From: Verrucomicrobiota bacterium
GTDB taxonomy: Bacteria; Verrucomicrobiota; Verrucomicrobiia; Limisphaerales; UBA11358
DNA length: 64,000 bases
Direction of reading: 5' to 3'
Assembly: GCA_049510295.1 (NCBI GenBank)
Contig: JBEKZC010000005.1
Coordinates: forward strand, 17,546 to 81,545
The notes beneath the pieces are model-generated. The model made no database searches. It was given only the letters and a program-made list of their open reading frames with translations, and was not told the origin of the DNA. The position numbers and the translations under genes are program-made. Positions 56,578 to 64,000 of this stretch are shown one piece after another (the first letter of the stretch is position 1; every line of letters begins with the position of its first letter).

Positions 56578-57324
56578 CTACCAGCTGGGCAACTTTTGGG
56601 TGGTAGTTTTGGTGGAAGTGGCTGGCGCTGTTGGGGTGGAACTGCCGGACGCCTTTGGGGGGGCAGGCTGGGTAACGACCGGTTTGAGCGGCGTTGGCCG
56701 GGGCATTTCCTTGTAGTCGCGCGGGATTCCAAACATCGAGGCGTCCAGCGGCCCTTCCTTGGCCGAAATCAGGGCCAGAGTGATCGTCCGGCCGCCGCCG
56801 GTAACTTGTGACCTTACCACCATGCCCGGCAACGCGCTCAACGCGGGAGTCATATCCGTGTCCGCGCCGGGAGTTTTGTCCAGCACGGCGTAGTCGGCCC
56901 GGATCCGGGCGTAATCCGGATAATTTTTGGCCACCCAGACCGTCCCGGTTATGCCACGGGAATTCGACCACGTATAAAGTTCCGTATCGTAGTCGCCCAC
57001 TTTCTGGGTTTTACCCGTGGTGCGTGGGACGGGCGCCCGGGAGGCGGTACCCGACGACCTGGCTTGCTTCATCGGCTGGCCGGGCGATTTTAAATACAGC
57101 TTCTGGGTGTGCAACAGCGTGATGGTTTCGCCCGTGTTCAAATCCATGATAGTACTCAAGGCCTGCGGCTGGCCGGCATACATGTCCATGCGGATCTTGG
57201 TGCCCTTGATCTTTATTGCGGCCACCCCGTTGTAGTTCGGGGTGACAATTTGCTGTTGCGTGACCAGATCGGCCCGCGCACCGGCGGCGCAAACCAGCGC
57301 GAGGGAAATAAAAATTCGTTTCAT
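56578..57324 (-). CDS. secreted protein (DUF4412-like) with a Pro-rich C-terminal tail
   Basis: The signal peptide is MKRIFISLALVCAAGARA and the tail is PTPLKPVVTQPAPPKASGSSTPTAPATS. Confidence 0.5.
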   Translation of the reverse strand: MKRIFISLALVCAAGARADLVTQQQIVTPNYNGVAAIKIKGTKIRMDMYAGQPQALSTIMDLNTGETITLLHTQKLYLKSPGQPMKQARSSGTASRAPVPRTTGKTQKVGDYDTELYTWSNSRGITGTVWVAKNYPDYARIRADYAVLDKTPGADTDMTPALSALPGMVVRSQVTGGGRTITLALISAKEGPLDASMFGIPRDYKEMPRPTPLKPVVTQPAPPKASGSSTPTAPATSTKTTTQKLPSW

Positions 57325-57379
57325 GGCGGCGCGATAATCCTACCGGCCTTCGCGGAAGAAAAGCAAAAAACATGAGGTT

Positions 57380-57443
57380 GTAGCATCGAGCCAGTGGCTC
57401 GATAAATCGTTCAGATAAAATCGGCGCACAGCCCCGACGCTAC
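57380..57443. repeat. GTAG-type REP doublet, family 2
   Basis: GTAGCATCGAGCCagtGGCTCGAT ... CGGCGCacaGCCCCGACGCTAC. Its partner copy is at 58999-59049. Confidence 0.8.
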
Positions 57444-57628
57444 AACTCCGAAGCGCCCGCGTCAGTAGTTCACTCTTGGCTTTCCAAATGCTTTATCTCA
57501 GTTGAGCTTATTATGCGAACCGACGATAAGAGGCGATTTGAACAAGATGAAGGCAGGCCACGTCTAAATTCTGGACATGGCCGGGCTTCAGAAGGCAGCA
57601 CTGTCGCCATCTCACAAAAGGGGTTTGC

Positions 57629-58504
57629 ATGAGTTTCAGTTTCCCACAAGTCATGGAATTCATCACCGGCGCGCTGCAATTCATCGTCGCCGCTTATGCC
57701 CTGCGACTAAACCGGATATTCGGGACCGCACGCGTGGGCTGGTCGCTGTTCTGGGCCTTTGCGCTTCTGGCAGTGCTCCACTTGTTTCAATCCATTGCGT
57801 CGTTCAATTCCGGCGCACCGTTGGGGGTTGAGATTGAGGTGATGTATTCGCTCATTTCGCTGCTGCTGCTGACCGGCTTGGTCCACATCGAAACCTTGCT
57901 CAAAGAGCGTTTGCGGATGGAGCGCGAGGAACAGCGTTTGCGGGCCGAATTGGAATCTGAAGTCAAAAAGAAAACGGCGTATCTGAGCCGGGCCATCGAG
58001 GAGCTGCAATCGGAAATTGACGGACGCAAACGAATGGAGGCGGAGGTCGAGAAGACGCACAAGGAATTGCTCGCCGCTTCCCGCCAGGCGGGGATGGTGG
58101 AAATAGCCGCCGGGGTGCTGCATAACGTGGGCAATATGCTCAAGAGCGCCGATGTTTCCGCCAACCTGGTTTCCGACCAGGTGAAGCAATCCAAAATCGC
58201 CAATATCGTCCATGTCGGCGCCCTGATACGCGAACACGTGAAGGACCTGGGTGACTTCATGGCGCGCGATCCGAGGGGCCAAAAGTTGCCGGTGTATATC
58301 GCGCAACTGGCCGAGCATCTGGCCAATGAGCAAACCACCCTCTCAAGTGAGCTGGAATCCCTCAGAAAGAACATCGAGGAAGCCGAAGTGGAGCAGCAAA
58401 GTTATACTGAACTCATGAGCAAGAATGACGTGGCAAAAGCCACTGCCCCAGTCGAACAAGCGCCAGCCATGAATGGCGGCACGCCGGTGCGGCCCAGCGT
58501 ATAG
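57629..58504 (+). CDS. membrane sensor-kinase-like protein lacking a catalytic ATP-binding domain
   Basis: It has 3-4 TM segments, a coiled coil, and a DHp-like segment (AAGVLHNVGNMLKS ... EQQSYTEL). The ORF then ends without N/G1/G2 boxes. Confidence 0.55.
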   Translation: MSFSFPQVMEFITGALQFIVAAYALRLNRIFGTARVGWSLFWAFALLAVLHLFQSIASFNSGAPLGVEIEVMYSLISLLLLTGLVHIETLLKERLRMEREEQRLRAELESEVKKKTAYLSRAIEELQSEIDGRKRMEAEVEKTHKELLAASRQAGMVEIAAGVLHNVGNMLKSADVSANLVSDQVKQSKIANIVHVGALIREHVKDLGDFMARDPRGQKLPVYIAQLAEHLANEQTTLSSELESLRKNIEEAEVEQQSYTELMSKNDVAKATAPVEQAPAMNGGTPVRPSV

Positions 58505-58569
58505 ATTTCCAGCAGACACAAACCGCACCTCCCCGAAATCACTGCGCATCGCCCTGGCGCGCAACTCTG

Positions 58570-58926
58570 TCAGCGTGGTTTGTCGTCATGGTCCAACAAT
58601 CGGGCGAAGTAAAAGCAGCCGGCCGCGATGAGGATTGAAACCGCCACGATGATTTCCGCCTGTGTGCCGGGCTGTTTCAGGTCATCGAACCACTCCTCAA
58701 TTACCGGGCCCATTTTGCCGTAAAGCATGCCCATCTGCCGCGTCTGGGCCTTGTTGTATCCCAGCATGGAGAGGTCATCCGACACATCAGGAGAACGCGT
58801 CCCCAGCCAATAAACCAGGCCCGCGCTGCCAAGGCCCAGCACCAGCACGATGATGCCGATCATCCTGAGCTGCGCACTCCGCTTGAAGGACGAATGGGGA
58901 CCGGAGGTTTTGTCATTTGTCGTCAT
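58570..58926 (-). CDS. small two-TM membrane protein
   Basis: 118 aa with two hydrophobic segments. No motif was recognised. Confidence 0.45.
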   Translation of the reverse strand: MTTNDKTSGPHSSFKRSAQLRMIGIIVLVLGLGSAGLVYWLGTRSPDVSDDLSMLGYNKAQTRQMGMLYGKMGPVIEEWFDDLKQPGTQAEIIVAVSILIAAGCFYFARLLDHDDKPR

Positions 58927-58998
58927 GTGCGCAGTGTTTTACGCGTACCGTCAGTGAAACACAAGTCCGCCGCCGGGTGCTAGTGTCCTAAATTTCGT

Positions 58999-59049
58999 GT
59001 AGCGTCGAGCCGGCGTCTCGACCAAATCGGCGCAAAGCGCCGACACTAC
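58999..59049. repeat. GTAG-type REP doublet, family 2, nested in a longer palindrome
   Basis: GTAGCGTCGAG..CTCGAC ... TCGGCGCaaaGCGCCGACACTAC. It is flanked by the outer inverted repeat GTGTCCTAAATTT / AAAATTAGGACAC. Confidence 0.8.
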
Positions 59050-59113
59050 AACAAAATTAGGACACCGGGTGCTGGATTGCCATTTGCGCCTGAACCGGCA
59101 ACACTGTTTGCCC

Positions 59114-59392
59114 ATGAAACACAATTCGTATTTCGACGGAAAAGTTCAGAGTCTGGCTGTGAACACATCGGAAGGCCCAGCCACGGTGGGCGTCATCGAG
59201 CCGGGCAAATACACCTTCAAGACCGACTCGGAAGAACACATGCACATCGTCGCCGGCACGTTGAAGTCGAAGCTTCCAGGCGCCACGTGGCAGGCGTTTG
59301 TCAGGGGCCAGTTCTTTGTCGTTCCCGCGCAGGCCTCTTTTGATGTCGAGGCCACCGCCGACGTGGCCTACATCTGCTATTACAAAAAGTAA
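59114..59392 (+). CDS. ppnP: pyrimidine/purine nucleoside phosphorylase PpnP (DUF1255)
   Basis: MKHNSYFDGKVQSLAV...GVIEPGKYTF.T...E.M.IV.G. The start was moved to the ATG at 59114. Confidence 0.85.
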   Translation: MKHNSYFDGKVQSLAVNTSEGPATVGVIEPGKYTFKTDSEEHMHIVAGTLKSKLPGATWQAFVRGQFFVVPAQASFDVEATADVAYICYYKK

Positions 59393-59395
59393 GAT

Positions 59396-59453
59396 ATAGC
59401 GGCGCTCTGTGAGCGCCGGAATATGGCGACGGTCATAGACCGCCGCTACAAAA
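59396..59453. repeat. palindromic REP-like element
   Basis: TAGCGGCG...CGCCGCTACAAAA with the inner hairpin GGCGCTctgtgAGCGCC. It is related to 11862-11886. Confidence 0.65.
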
Positions 59454-59522
59454 GAACGATCACCTCCGGCGACGCGCCTAAATTCCAACAGCAGGCGGCC
59501 GTGCTCCCAAATCAAAAACAGA

Positions 59523-59903
59523 TCACAACCTCACGGACTTGCGCGGGACGCGATTTGGCCGGGACGATTTTTGAGACTTCTTGCTGTGGGCGGCGATTTG
59601 AATCGCACGGTGCGCCCATGCCACCAGTTCTTCCCGGTTTTCCAGCACGTCCGGCGGCACTTCGTGATAACCCATCGTCATCACGCGCCCCTTCATCTCG
59701 TAGGTGAACGGCGGCATCCCACGCGCCGTGTAATCCGCCTGCGACTGCGCGTCCGTTTTGAAAAACAGCCGGCCCTCGTCCAAAATCCCGAAGAACCGCC
59801 CGCCGGAATATAACCCATGCGCGCCGAACATCGCCTTGGCATGCACGTCCGGCAGCGCGCTTAACTGGTCGAGCACAAATTCTTTGAAGGAGTCGTCAGG
59901 CAT
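59523..59903 (-). CDS. TfoX N-terminal-domain protein
   Basis: MPDDSFKEFVLDQL...KAMFGAHGLYSGGRFFGILDEGRLFFKTD. Confidence 0.8.
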   Translation of the reverse strand: MPDDSFKEFVLDQLSALPDVHAKAMFGAHGLYSGGRFFGILDEGRLFFKTDAQSQADYTARGMPPFTYEMKGRVMTMGYHEVPPDVLENREELVAWAHRAIQIAAHSKKSQKSSRPNRVPRKSVRL

Positions 59904-60191
59904 AATGCAAACGTGGGAGAAGATTTAACGCAAAGAACGCGACCTGTCACGCCGTAGCCGGAAGCGAAGGTGGAAGGTGCAAGCCAAAAAGCAATTGCGG
60001 TAACTCTGGGAACATTGCCATTGCAGCGGGTGGAGTTGTTTGTCGGTTGCCTTAAAGCTGGTCGGGATATCAGCCTTTGCTCTGAAGCTTCGGTGCGACT
60101 GGTTGGCTTCTCCAGAGGTGTGCGCCATGGTTAAAAAATATGTATTACCTGAAGGAATACAGGAAGTTACGCAAATTGCCAATAATTCGCC

Positions 60192-60220
60192 TTGTCTTTT
60201 TCTGGAACATGTCCTATACT
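60192..60220 (+). promoter_or_regulatory. candidate promoter of receiver gene 1 (near-leaderless)
   Basis: TTGTCT (60192-97), a 17-nt spacer, then TATACT (60215-20), with the ATG at 60233. The homologous position before receiver gene 2 has diverged (CATGCT). Confidence 0.4.
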
Positions 60221-60232
60221 TAGACAGTTGTT

Positions 60233-60706
60233 ATGATATTAAATGTTCCAACTCAAAAAATCCTGGTTGTTGATGACAATCCGATAATCCTGAAGGTCTT
60301 GTCTTCGGCCTTCAAAGCCAGAGGCTACGAGGTGTTTGCCGCCGTTGACGGTCCCGAGGCCTTCATCATCGTGAGCCGGGAACAGCCGGACCTCATTTTG
60401 CTCGATATTTTCTTTCCGCCGGATCTTTTCCAAAGCGGCAACACTTGGGATGCGTTTAAGATTATGAACTGGCTCCAACGCATGGGCGGACCCCAAGCCA
60501 GGCACATCTCCGTAATCATCATGTCCGGCGCTGACCCGGGGGAAATCAAGGATCGTTGTCTGGCCGCCGGCGCGCTGGACTACTTCCAAAAACCGATCCA
60601 GATGCCCGAGTTGCTGGACGCCATTCAGCAAATCTTCTGCCCGGCTGTGAGCGAAGTGCCTCTTGAATTGGCGGCCATTTCAAATTCCGACAGCCTGCGC
60701 CTTTAG
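60233..60706 (+). CDS. stand-alone CheY-like receiver protein (copy 1)
   Basis: ILVVDDN, DLILLDIFFPPD (phospho-acceptor Asp), IIMSG and FQKP. Confidence 0.9.
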   Translation: MILNVPTQKILVVDDNPIILKVLSSAFKARGYEVFAAVDGPEAFIIVSREQPDLILLDIFFPPDLFQSGNTWDAFKIMNWLQRMGGPQARHISVIIMSGADPGEIKDRCLAAGALDYFQKPIQMPELLDAIQQIFCPAVSEVPLELAAISNSDSLRL

Positions 60707-60805
60707 CCAAACATCCGGTGGCAATGCGCTCAACGGGGCGGGGGCAAATTGGCAATAATTTGCCTTCTTTTTTTCTGGAGTATTTGTCATGCTGAGGCCG
60801 TTGTT

Positions 60806-61279
60806 ATGGTGTCAAGTGTTCCCACCAAAAAAATTCTGGTTGTTGATGATAATCAGATAATCCTGAACGTCTTGTCGTCGGCCCTTAAAGCCGGAGGCTA
60901 CGAGGTGTTTGCCGCCGTTGACGGTCCCGCAGCCTTCACGGTCGTGCTTCAGGAACAGCCGGACCTCATCCTGCTCGATATTTTCTTTCCGCCCGATATC
61001 TTCCAGAGTGGCAACACTTGGGATGCGTTTCAGATTATGCACTGGCTCCAACGCATGGGCGGACCCCAAGCCAGCCGCACCCCCGTATTCGTCATGTCCG
61101 GGGCTGAACCGGGGGAAATCAGGGATCGCTGTCTGGCCGCCGGCGCAGTGGACTACTTCCAAAAACCGGTCAGGATACCCGAACTGCTGGACGCCATTCA
61201 GCAAATCTTCCGCCCGAGTGTGAGCGATGTGCCGCTTGAATTGGCGGCCATTTCAAATTCCGATCGCTTGCGCCTCTAG
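60806..61279 (+). CDS. stand-alone CheY-like receiver protein (copy 2, tandem paralogue)
   Basis: About 80% aa identity to copy 1 over the full length (by eye). The duplication unit of ~573 bp includes the upstream region. The start was moved to the ATG at 60806. Confidence 0.9.
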   Translation: MVSSVPTKKILVVDDNQIILNVLSSALKAGGYEVFAAVDGPAAFTVVLQEQPDLILLDIFFPPDIFQSGNTWDAFQIMHWLQRMGGPQASRTPVFVMSGAEPGEIRDRCLAAGAVDYFQKPVRIPELLDAIQQIFRPSVSDVPLELAAISNSDRLRL

Positions 61280-61285
61280 CCAAAC

Positions 61286-61337
61286 CTTCGGCACAACGCG
61301 CCCAACTGGTCGAGGGAAAATTCTTTGAAGGAGTCGT
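61286..61337 (-). repeat. copy of the tfoX 5' coding region lacking the ATG
   Basis: aactggtcgagggaaaattctttgaaggagtcgt differs by 3 mismatches from 59862-59895. Confidence 0.85.
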
Positions 61338-61563
61338 TAACCCCAATGGGGTTGCGTCATTCAGCCCAACGTTGCCCCGAATGCTTTCGGGGCTACGTTG
61401 GGTTCACGGATCAAAACGGAATCAACCCTGACAGGGTTGAATCAACCTGTGAAATAAAGGGATGCAACCCCGATGGGGTTGGAAATGATTTTGGAACGGA
61501 TGACCCAGGGTAGCGCGTTCCGCACAACCCTGGGCTGAGAGATGGAATCCCGTTGGGATTCTG
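61338..61563. repeat. cluster of at least 5 short hairpins (REP-like cluster)
   Basis: AACCCCaatGGGGTT, CCCAACGT..ACGTTGGG with inner CCCCGAAtgcttTCGGGG, CAACCCTgacAGGGTTG, CAACCCCgatGGGGTTG, ACCCAGGG..CCCTGGGC and GAATCCCgttGGGATTC. Confidence 0.8.
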
Positions 61564-61627
61564 GCCCGCACCTCCGGCAACGCCTCAACTGGTCGAGAAC
61601 AAATTCTTTGAAGGAGTCGTCAGGCAT
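61564..61627 (-). repeat. copy of the tfoX 5' end including the ATG
   Basis: A 41-nt core has 1 mismatch against 59863-59903. It encodes MPDDSFKEFVLDQL, then runs into the hairpin cluster. It sits 1 nt after the stop of the 61629-62147 gene. Confidence 0.9.
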
Positions 61628-61628
61628 A

Positions 61629-62147
61629 TCACCAACCGCGTCCGCGTTTTACTATCGGAATTTTTCTTCGTATGACGATTTTTTCATTCGAGGCGCGTCC
61701 GGGGAAATTGGTGTGAAATACTAACTTCATATCCGCAATGCTCAACCTCTCGATTTTTTTGTCACCGATAGTCAATTGTGCCAAAAAAAAGAACAGCACG
61801 CATTCTTCATCTGTGATGTCTTCAAAATCATAAGTAACCCAAATACCTCCTGCTGGGCGTTCAATTGAGCGCCTTTCGGGAAAGCAACTGTAGCTCAATT
61901 CGCATTCATATGGCTTTCTGGCTGGAAGCTGAATCCAACAGCGAGGACGCTCCTTGAGGAAAGCTGAAAGCCCGAAGGGTTTCATCGGCTCACCCAACTT
62001 CAACGAGGGCCGTGAATTCCGTAATTTTGCGCGAAAATCAGCATCAGCGTAAACAATTAAATGAGTTCTTAAATGAAGAGCTATCGCGCCGTTCTTCTTT
62101 TTGTAGGCTCGAAAAGTCGTATCGGCTAATTCAATCGCCTTTTTCAC
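61629..62147 (-). CDS. hypothetical protein (AT-rich gene)
   Basis: 172 aa with no recognised motif. GC is clearly lower than the surroundings (by eye). Confidence 0.45.
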   Translation of the reverse strand: MKKAIELADTTFRAYKKKNGAIALHLRTHLIVYADADFRAKLRNSRPSLKLGEPMKPFGLSAFLKERPRCWIQLPARKPYECELSYSCFPERRSIERPAGGIWVTYDFEDITDEECVLFFFLAQLTIGDKKIERLSIADMKLVFHTNFPGRASNEKIVIRRKIPIVKRGRGW

Positions 62148-62202
62148 AAGCCATGAAATTTAGAAGATTGTTTGGCAAATGAGGTCAATGCTTAAGAGCG
62201 CA

Positions 62203-62352
62203 TCAGCTTTCCTTTTTTTCCATTTTCGCCCAAGTGTCTTTCAATGTAATCGTCCGATTAAGCACCAGCTTGCCGGGCGCGCTGTCTTTATCCAACGCGA
62301 AGTAGGCGAGGCGCTTGAATTGGTAGTGCAACTCCGGCTTCGCTTCCTTTGC
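62203..62352 (-). pseudogene. glnS: 3'-terminal remnant of a glutaminyl-tRNA synthetase gene
   Basis: A 49-codon open stretch, AKEAKPELHYQFKRLAYFALDKDSAPGKLVLNRTITLKDTWAKMEKKES*, resembles the conserved GlnRS C-terminus (FQFER.GYF..D....LVFNRTV.LRD.W). An in-frame stop lies immediately upstream. Confidence 0.6.
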
Positions 62353-62363
62353 TCAGGTGTTTT

Positions 62364-62882
62364 TCATTTTGCAAGTGGCGGCGGGGCGTTCTGTTGGCTC
62401 TTCTGCAACGCCTGTTTGCCGATTTTGACCAGAACGAGCTTCCGCAAATTGTCGGACGGTTTTGAGGGGTCCGGCCCTTTACACATGCCGGCGATGTTCC
62501 GCGTAATCTGGACCGGGGTCAGGATGAGCCCCCAGGGAAATCCCCACCAGCCGAGCACGGCCGAGAACAGCACACCGCCCAACTGGTTTTTGGTCGCGCA
62601 GGAACGGCAGGAGACCTGCGGCGTGGTGGTCCACCGCGTCAGCACCAGGGCCGACCAGACCCGATGGACTTTGTGAACGTCAATGGGGCCGAGTCCACGG
62701 CACTTGGGACAGTTGCCCCGGAAAATTTCCTCCACCTGCCGGTCAATCACGTCCGGCGGGACTTTTTGGGCAAGGCTGAGGACATAAGCGTTGGTGAGGC
62801 ATTTTTTGTTGCAGAAGCGCTGGGTGCCGGAACTCAAGCCGCCCATTATAATCATTGACCCGCAATAACCGCATTTTGCCAT
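62364..62882 (-). CDS. zinc-ribbon membrane protein, function unknown
   Basis: Cys pairs are CGYCG..FCNKKC and CPKCRG..CRSC. A TM hairpin follows with GWWGFPWG. Confidence 0.5.
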   Translation of the reverse strand: MAKCGYCGSMIIMGGLSSGTQRFCNKKCLTNAYVLSLAQKVPPDVIDRQVEEIFRGNCPKCRGLGPIDVHKVHRVWSALVLTRWTTTPQVSCRSCATKNQLGGVLFSAVLGWWGFPWGLILTPVQITRNIAGMCKGPDPSKPSDNLRKLVLVKIGKQALQKSQQNAPPPLAK

Positions 62883-62970
62883 AGGCTTATGGCTACTTAC
62901 CCTGAAGCCTCCCGGTGCGAATGTCGAGTCAGGATTTCCGCGCTCTTACGGCTCCAGCGTAGCGGCATTT

Positions 62971-64000
62971 TTACGGCTGGAAAGCGTAGGCCTGAACGGT
63001 TCCGTTGGCCAAGGTAACCAAAACACCGCTCTGGCCTGAATGCGATGCGATGGCAAAACTTGCAAACTCTTTTGCATGGGCAATGGACGAGATTTTTTGT
63101 CCGGTTAGGGTGGCAATGACGAGATTTCCCGATCCGTCAATGAAGGCCCACTCCTGAGTTCCATCGCCTTTAAGATCGCCGACGGCGAAACTGCTCGTAC
63201 GCCAGCCCGCGTGATTGCCAATCGCGGAGGTCGTCCAGGCGACTTTTCCGGTCTCGTCAAAGACCACTGTGTGGTCACCGTTGATCGCGGCGACTTGAAT
63301 GGTTTTGTCGGCGGTCCGGCAGGCGGCCATTTGCGCGTAATATCCGCCGTTCGGGCGCAATGTTGCCTGCAGCTTCCCTTGGGCATCAAACATTCTGACC
63401 GACCCTCCAGCCTCGGTGGCAAACACCCGCGTCGGTTGATCTTGGGCTGCGGAGACGATGGCCTGGTTCCAGACATTGCCAAGGTCTGCCGACCATAGCT
63501 TGTTGCCATCAGCCGACCACGCCTGGAGACCTCCACCTCCGTTCATGCCCACAATCATTTCATCGGTCCCGTCGCCATTTAGATCGCCCCAATGTGCGCC
63601 ATCAACCCCGGCGGAAGCGCTGACGCTCCATAATTTCTTTCCGGAATGATCCGTGACCGTCACATCGTGGCCCCAGTTGCTGTAACCCAGCAGGCGCGCC
63701 CCTTTTTCCTTGTTTCGTCCGCATTCGATCAGGGTAAACCGGCCGGGCAGAGGCACGGATGACGTTTCCGCTCCGGTCAAATCAAGCACGTGCAGTGTTG
63801 ACCCGGCGGCAACCAGCACGCGAGGGACTCCGTCGTTCTCCCAATCGCCCGCGCACAATGCCTGCGCGCCCGGAATATTTGTTGACCACAGGACTGATGG
63901 TTTCAGCATCTGGCTCGCGTCGGGGAGGGTGGGTGGACCCGCCGGCGCCGGCTTGGGTTCGCCCGGAAAATCCGTTGCCAGCGCATCGCGCTTCAGGTCG
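62971..64000 (-). CDS. FG-GAP/VCBS-repeat beta-propeller protein (5' end off window)
   Basis: GDLNGDGTDEMIVG and GDLKGDGTQEWAF repeats. The frame stays open upstream of the listed Met to nt 64000 (..DLKRDALATDFPGEPKPAPAGPPTLPDASQM..). Confidence 0.7.
   Translation of the reverse strand, partial: DLKRDALATDFPGEPKPAPAGPPTLPDASQMLKPSVLWSTNIPGAQALCAGDWENDGVPRVLVAAGSTLHVLDLTGAETSSVPLPGRFTLIECGRNKEKGARLLGYSNWGHDVTVTDHSGKKLWSVSASAGVDGAHWGDLNGDGTDEMIVGMNGGGGLQAWSADGNKLWSADLGNVWNQAIVSAAQDQPTRVFATEAGGSVRMFDAQGKLQATLRPNGGYYAQMAACRTADKTIQVAAINGDHTVVFDETGKVAWTTSAIGNHAGWRTSSFAVGDLKGDGTQEWAFIDGSGNLVIATLTGQKISSIAHAKEFASFAIASHSGQSGVLVTLANGTVQAYAFQP

Noticed and set aside
61442-61627. 61-aa ORF starting MPDDSFKEFVLDQL.
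   Set aside because: Only the first 14 codons are the tfoX 5' copy. The rest is a read-through of the REP-like hairpin cluster, so it is reported as a repeat and not as a gene.

Overview
The window reads as a bacterial chromosomal segment of about 55-60% GC (judged by eye). Gene content and repeat style suggest a PVC/Verrucomicrobiota-like organism, which is inference only. Most of it is housekeeping. It includes pyruvate dehydrogenase E1 with a lipoate-ligase-like gene. The MEP/lipid cluster is cdsA-dxr-rseP-ispG, with ispD elsewhere. It also holds yajC-secDF, terC, recJ, infA, an RRM RNA-binding protein, a Ctp protease, tsaD and hrpB. Further genes are an aminotransferase, an alpha-glucan phosphorylase, an lptF/G-type permease, amgK-murU, a hybrid histidine kinase, and tRNA-Phe(GAA) and tRNA-Ala(CGC). 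No rRNA, CRISPR array, transposase or integrase was recognised. Four things stand out. (1) REP/REPIN-like palindromic repeats, many starting with GTAG, are very dense and diverse. At least three copies sit in frame inside the conserved genes tsaD and hrpB, and a degenerate fourth sits in ispG. (2) At four loci a gene terminus is duplicated (43-97 nt direct repeats) around 1-2.6 kb of unrelated DNA that encodes no recombinase. The four termini are the fumB/ttdB-like 5' end, the lplA-like 3' end, the tRNA-Phe 3' end and the tfoX 5' end. (3) A four-helix-bundle 'IVS protein' cassette with perfect 24-bp terminal inverted repeats exactly fills the cdsA-dxr spacer. (4) The left edge carries a TIR / Walker-A stub / DNA-methyltransferase chimeric ORF next to a PIN cassette. 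All family assignments come from motifs read by eye. No database search was run.
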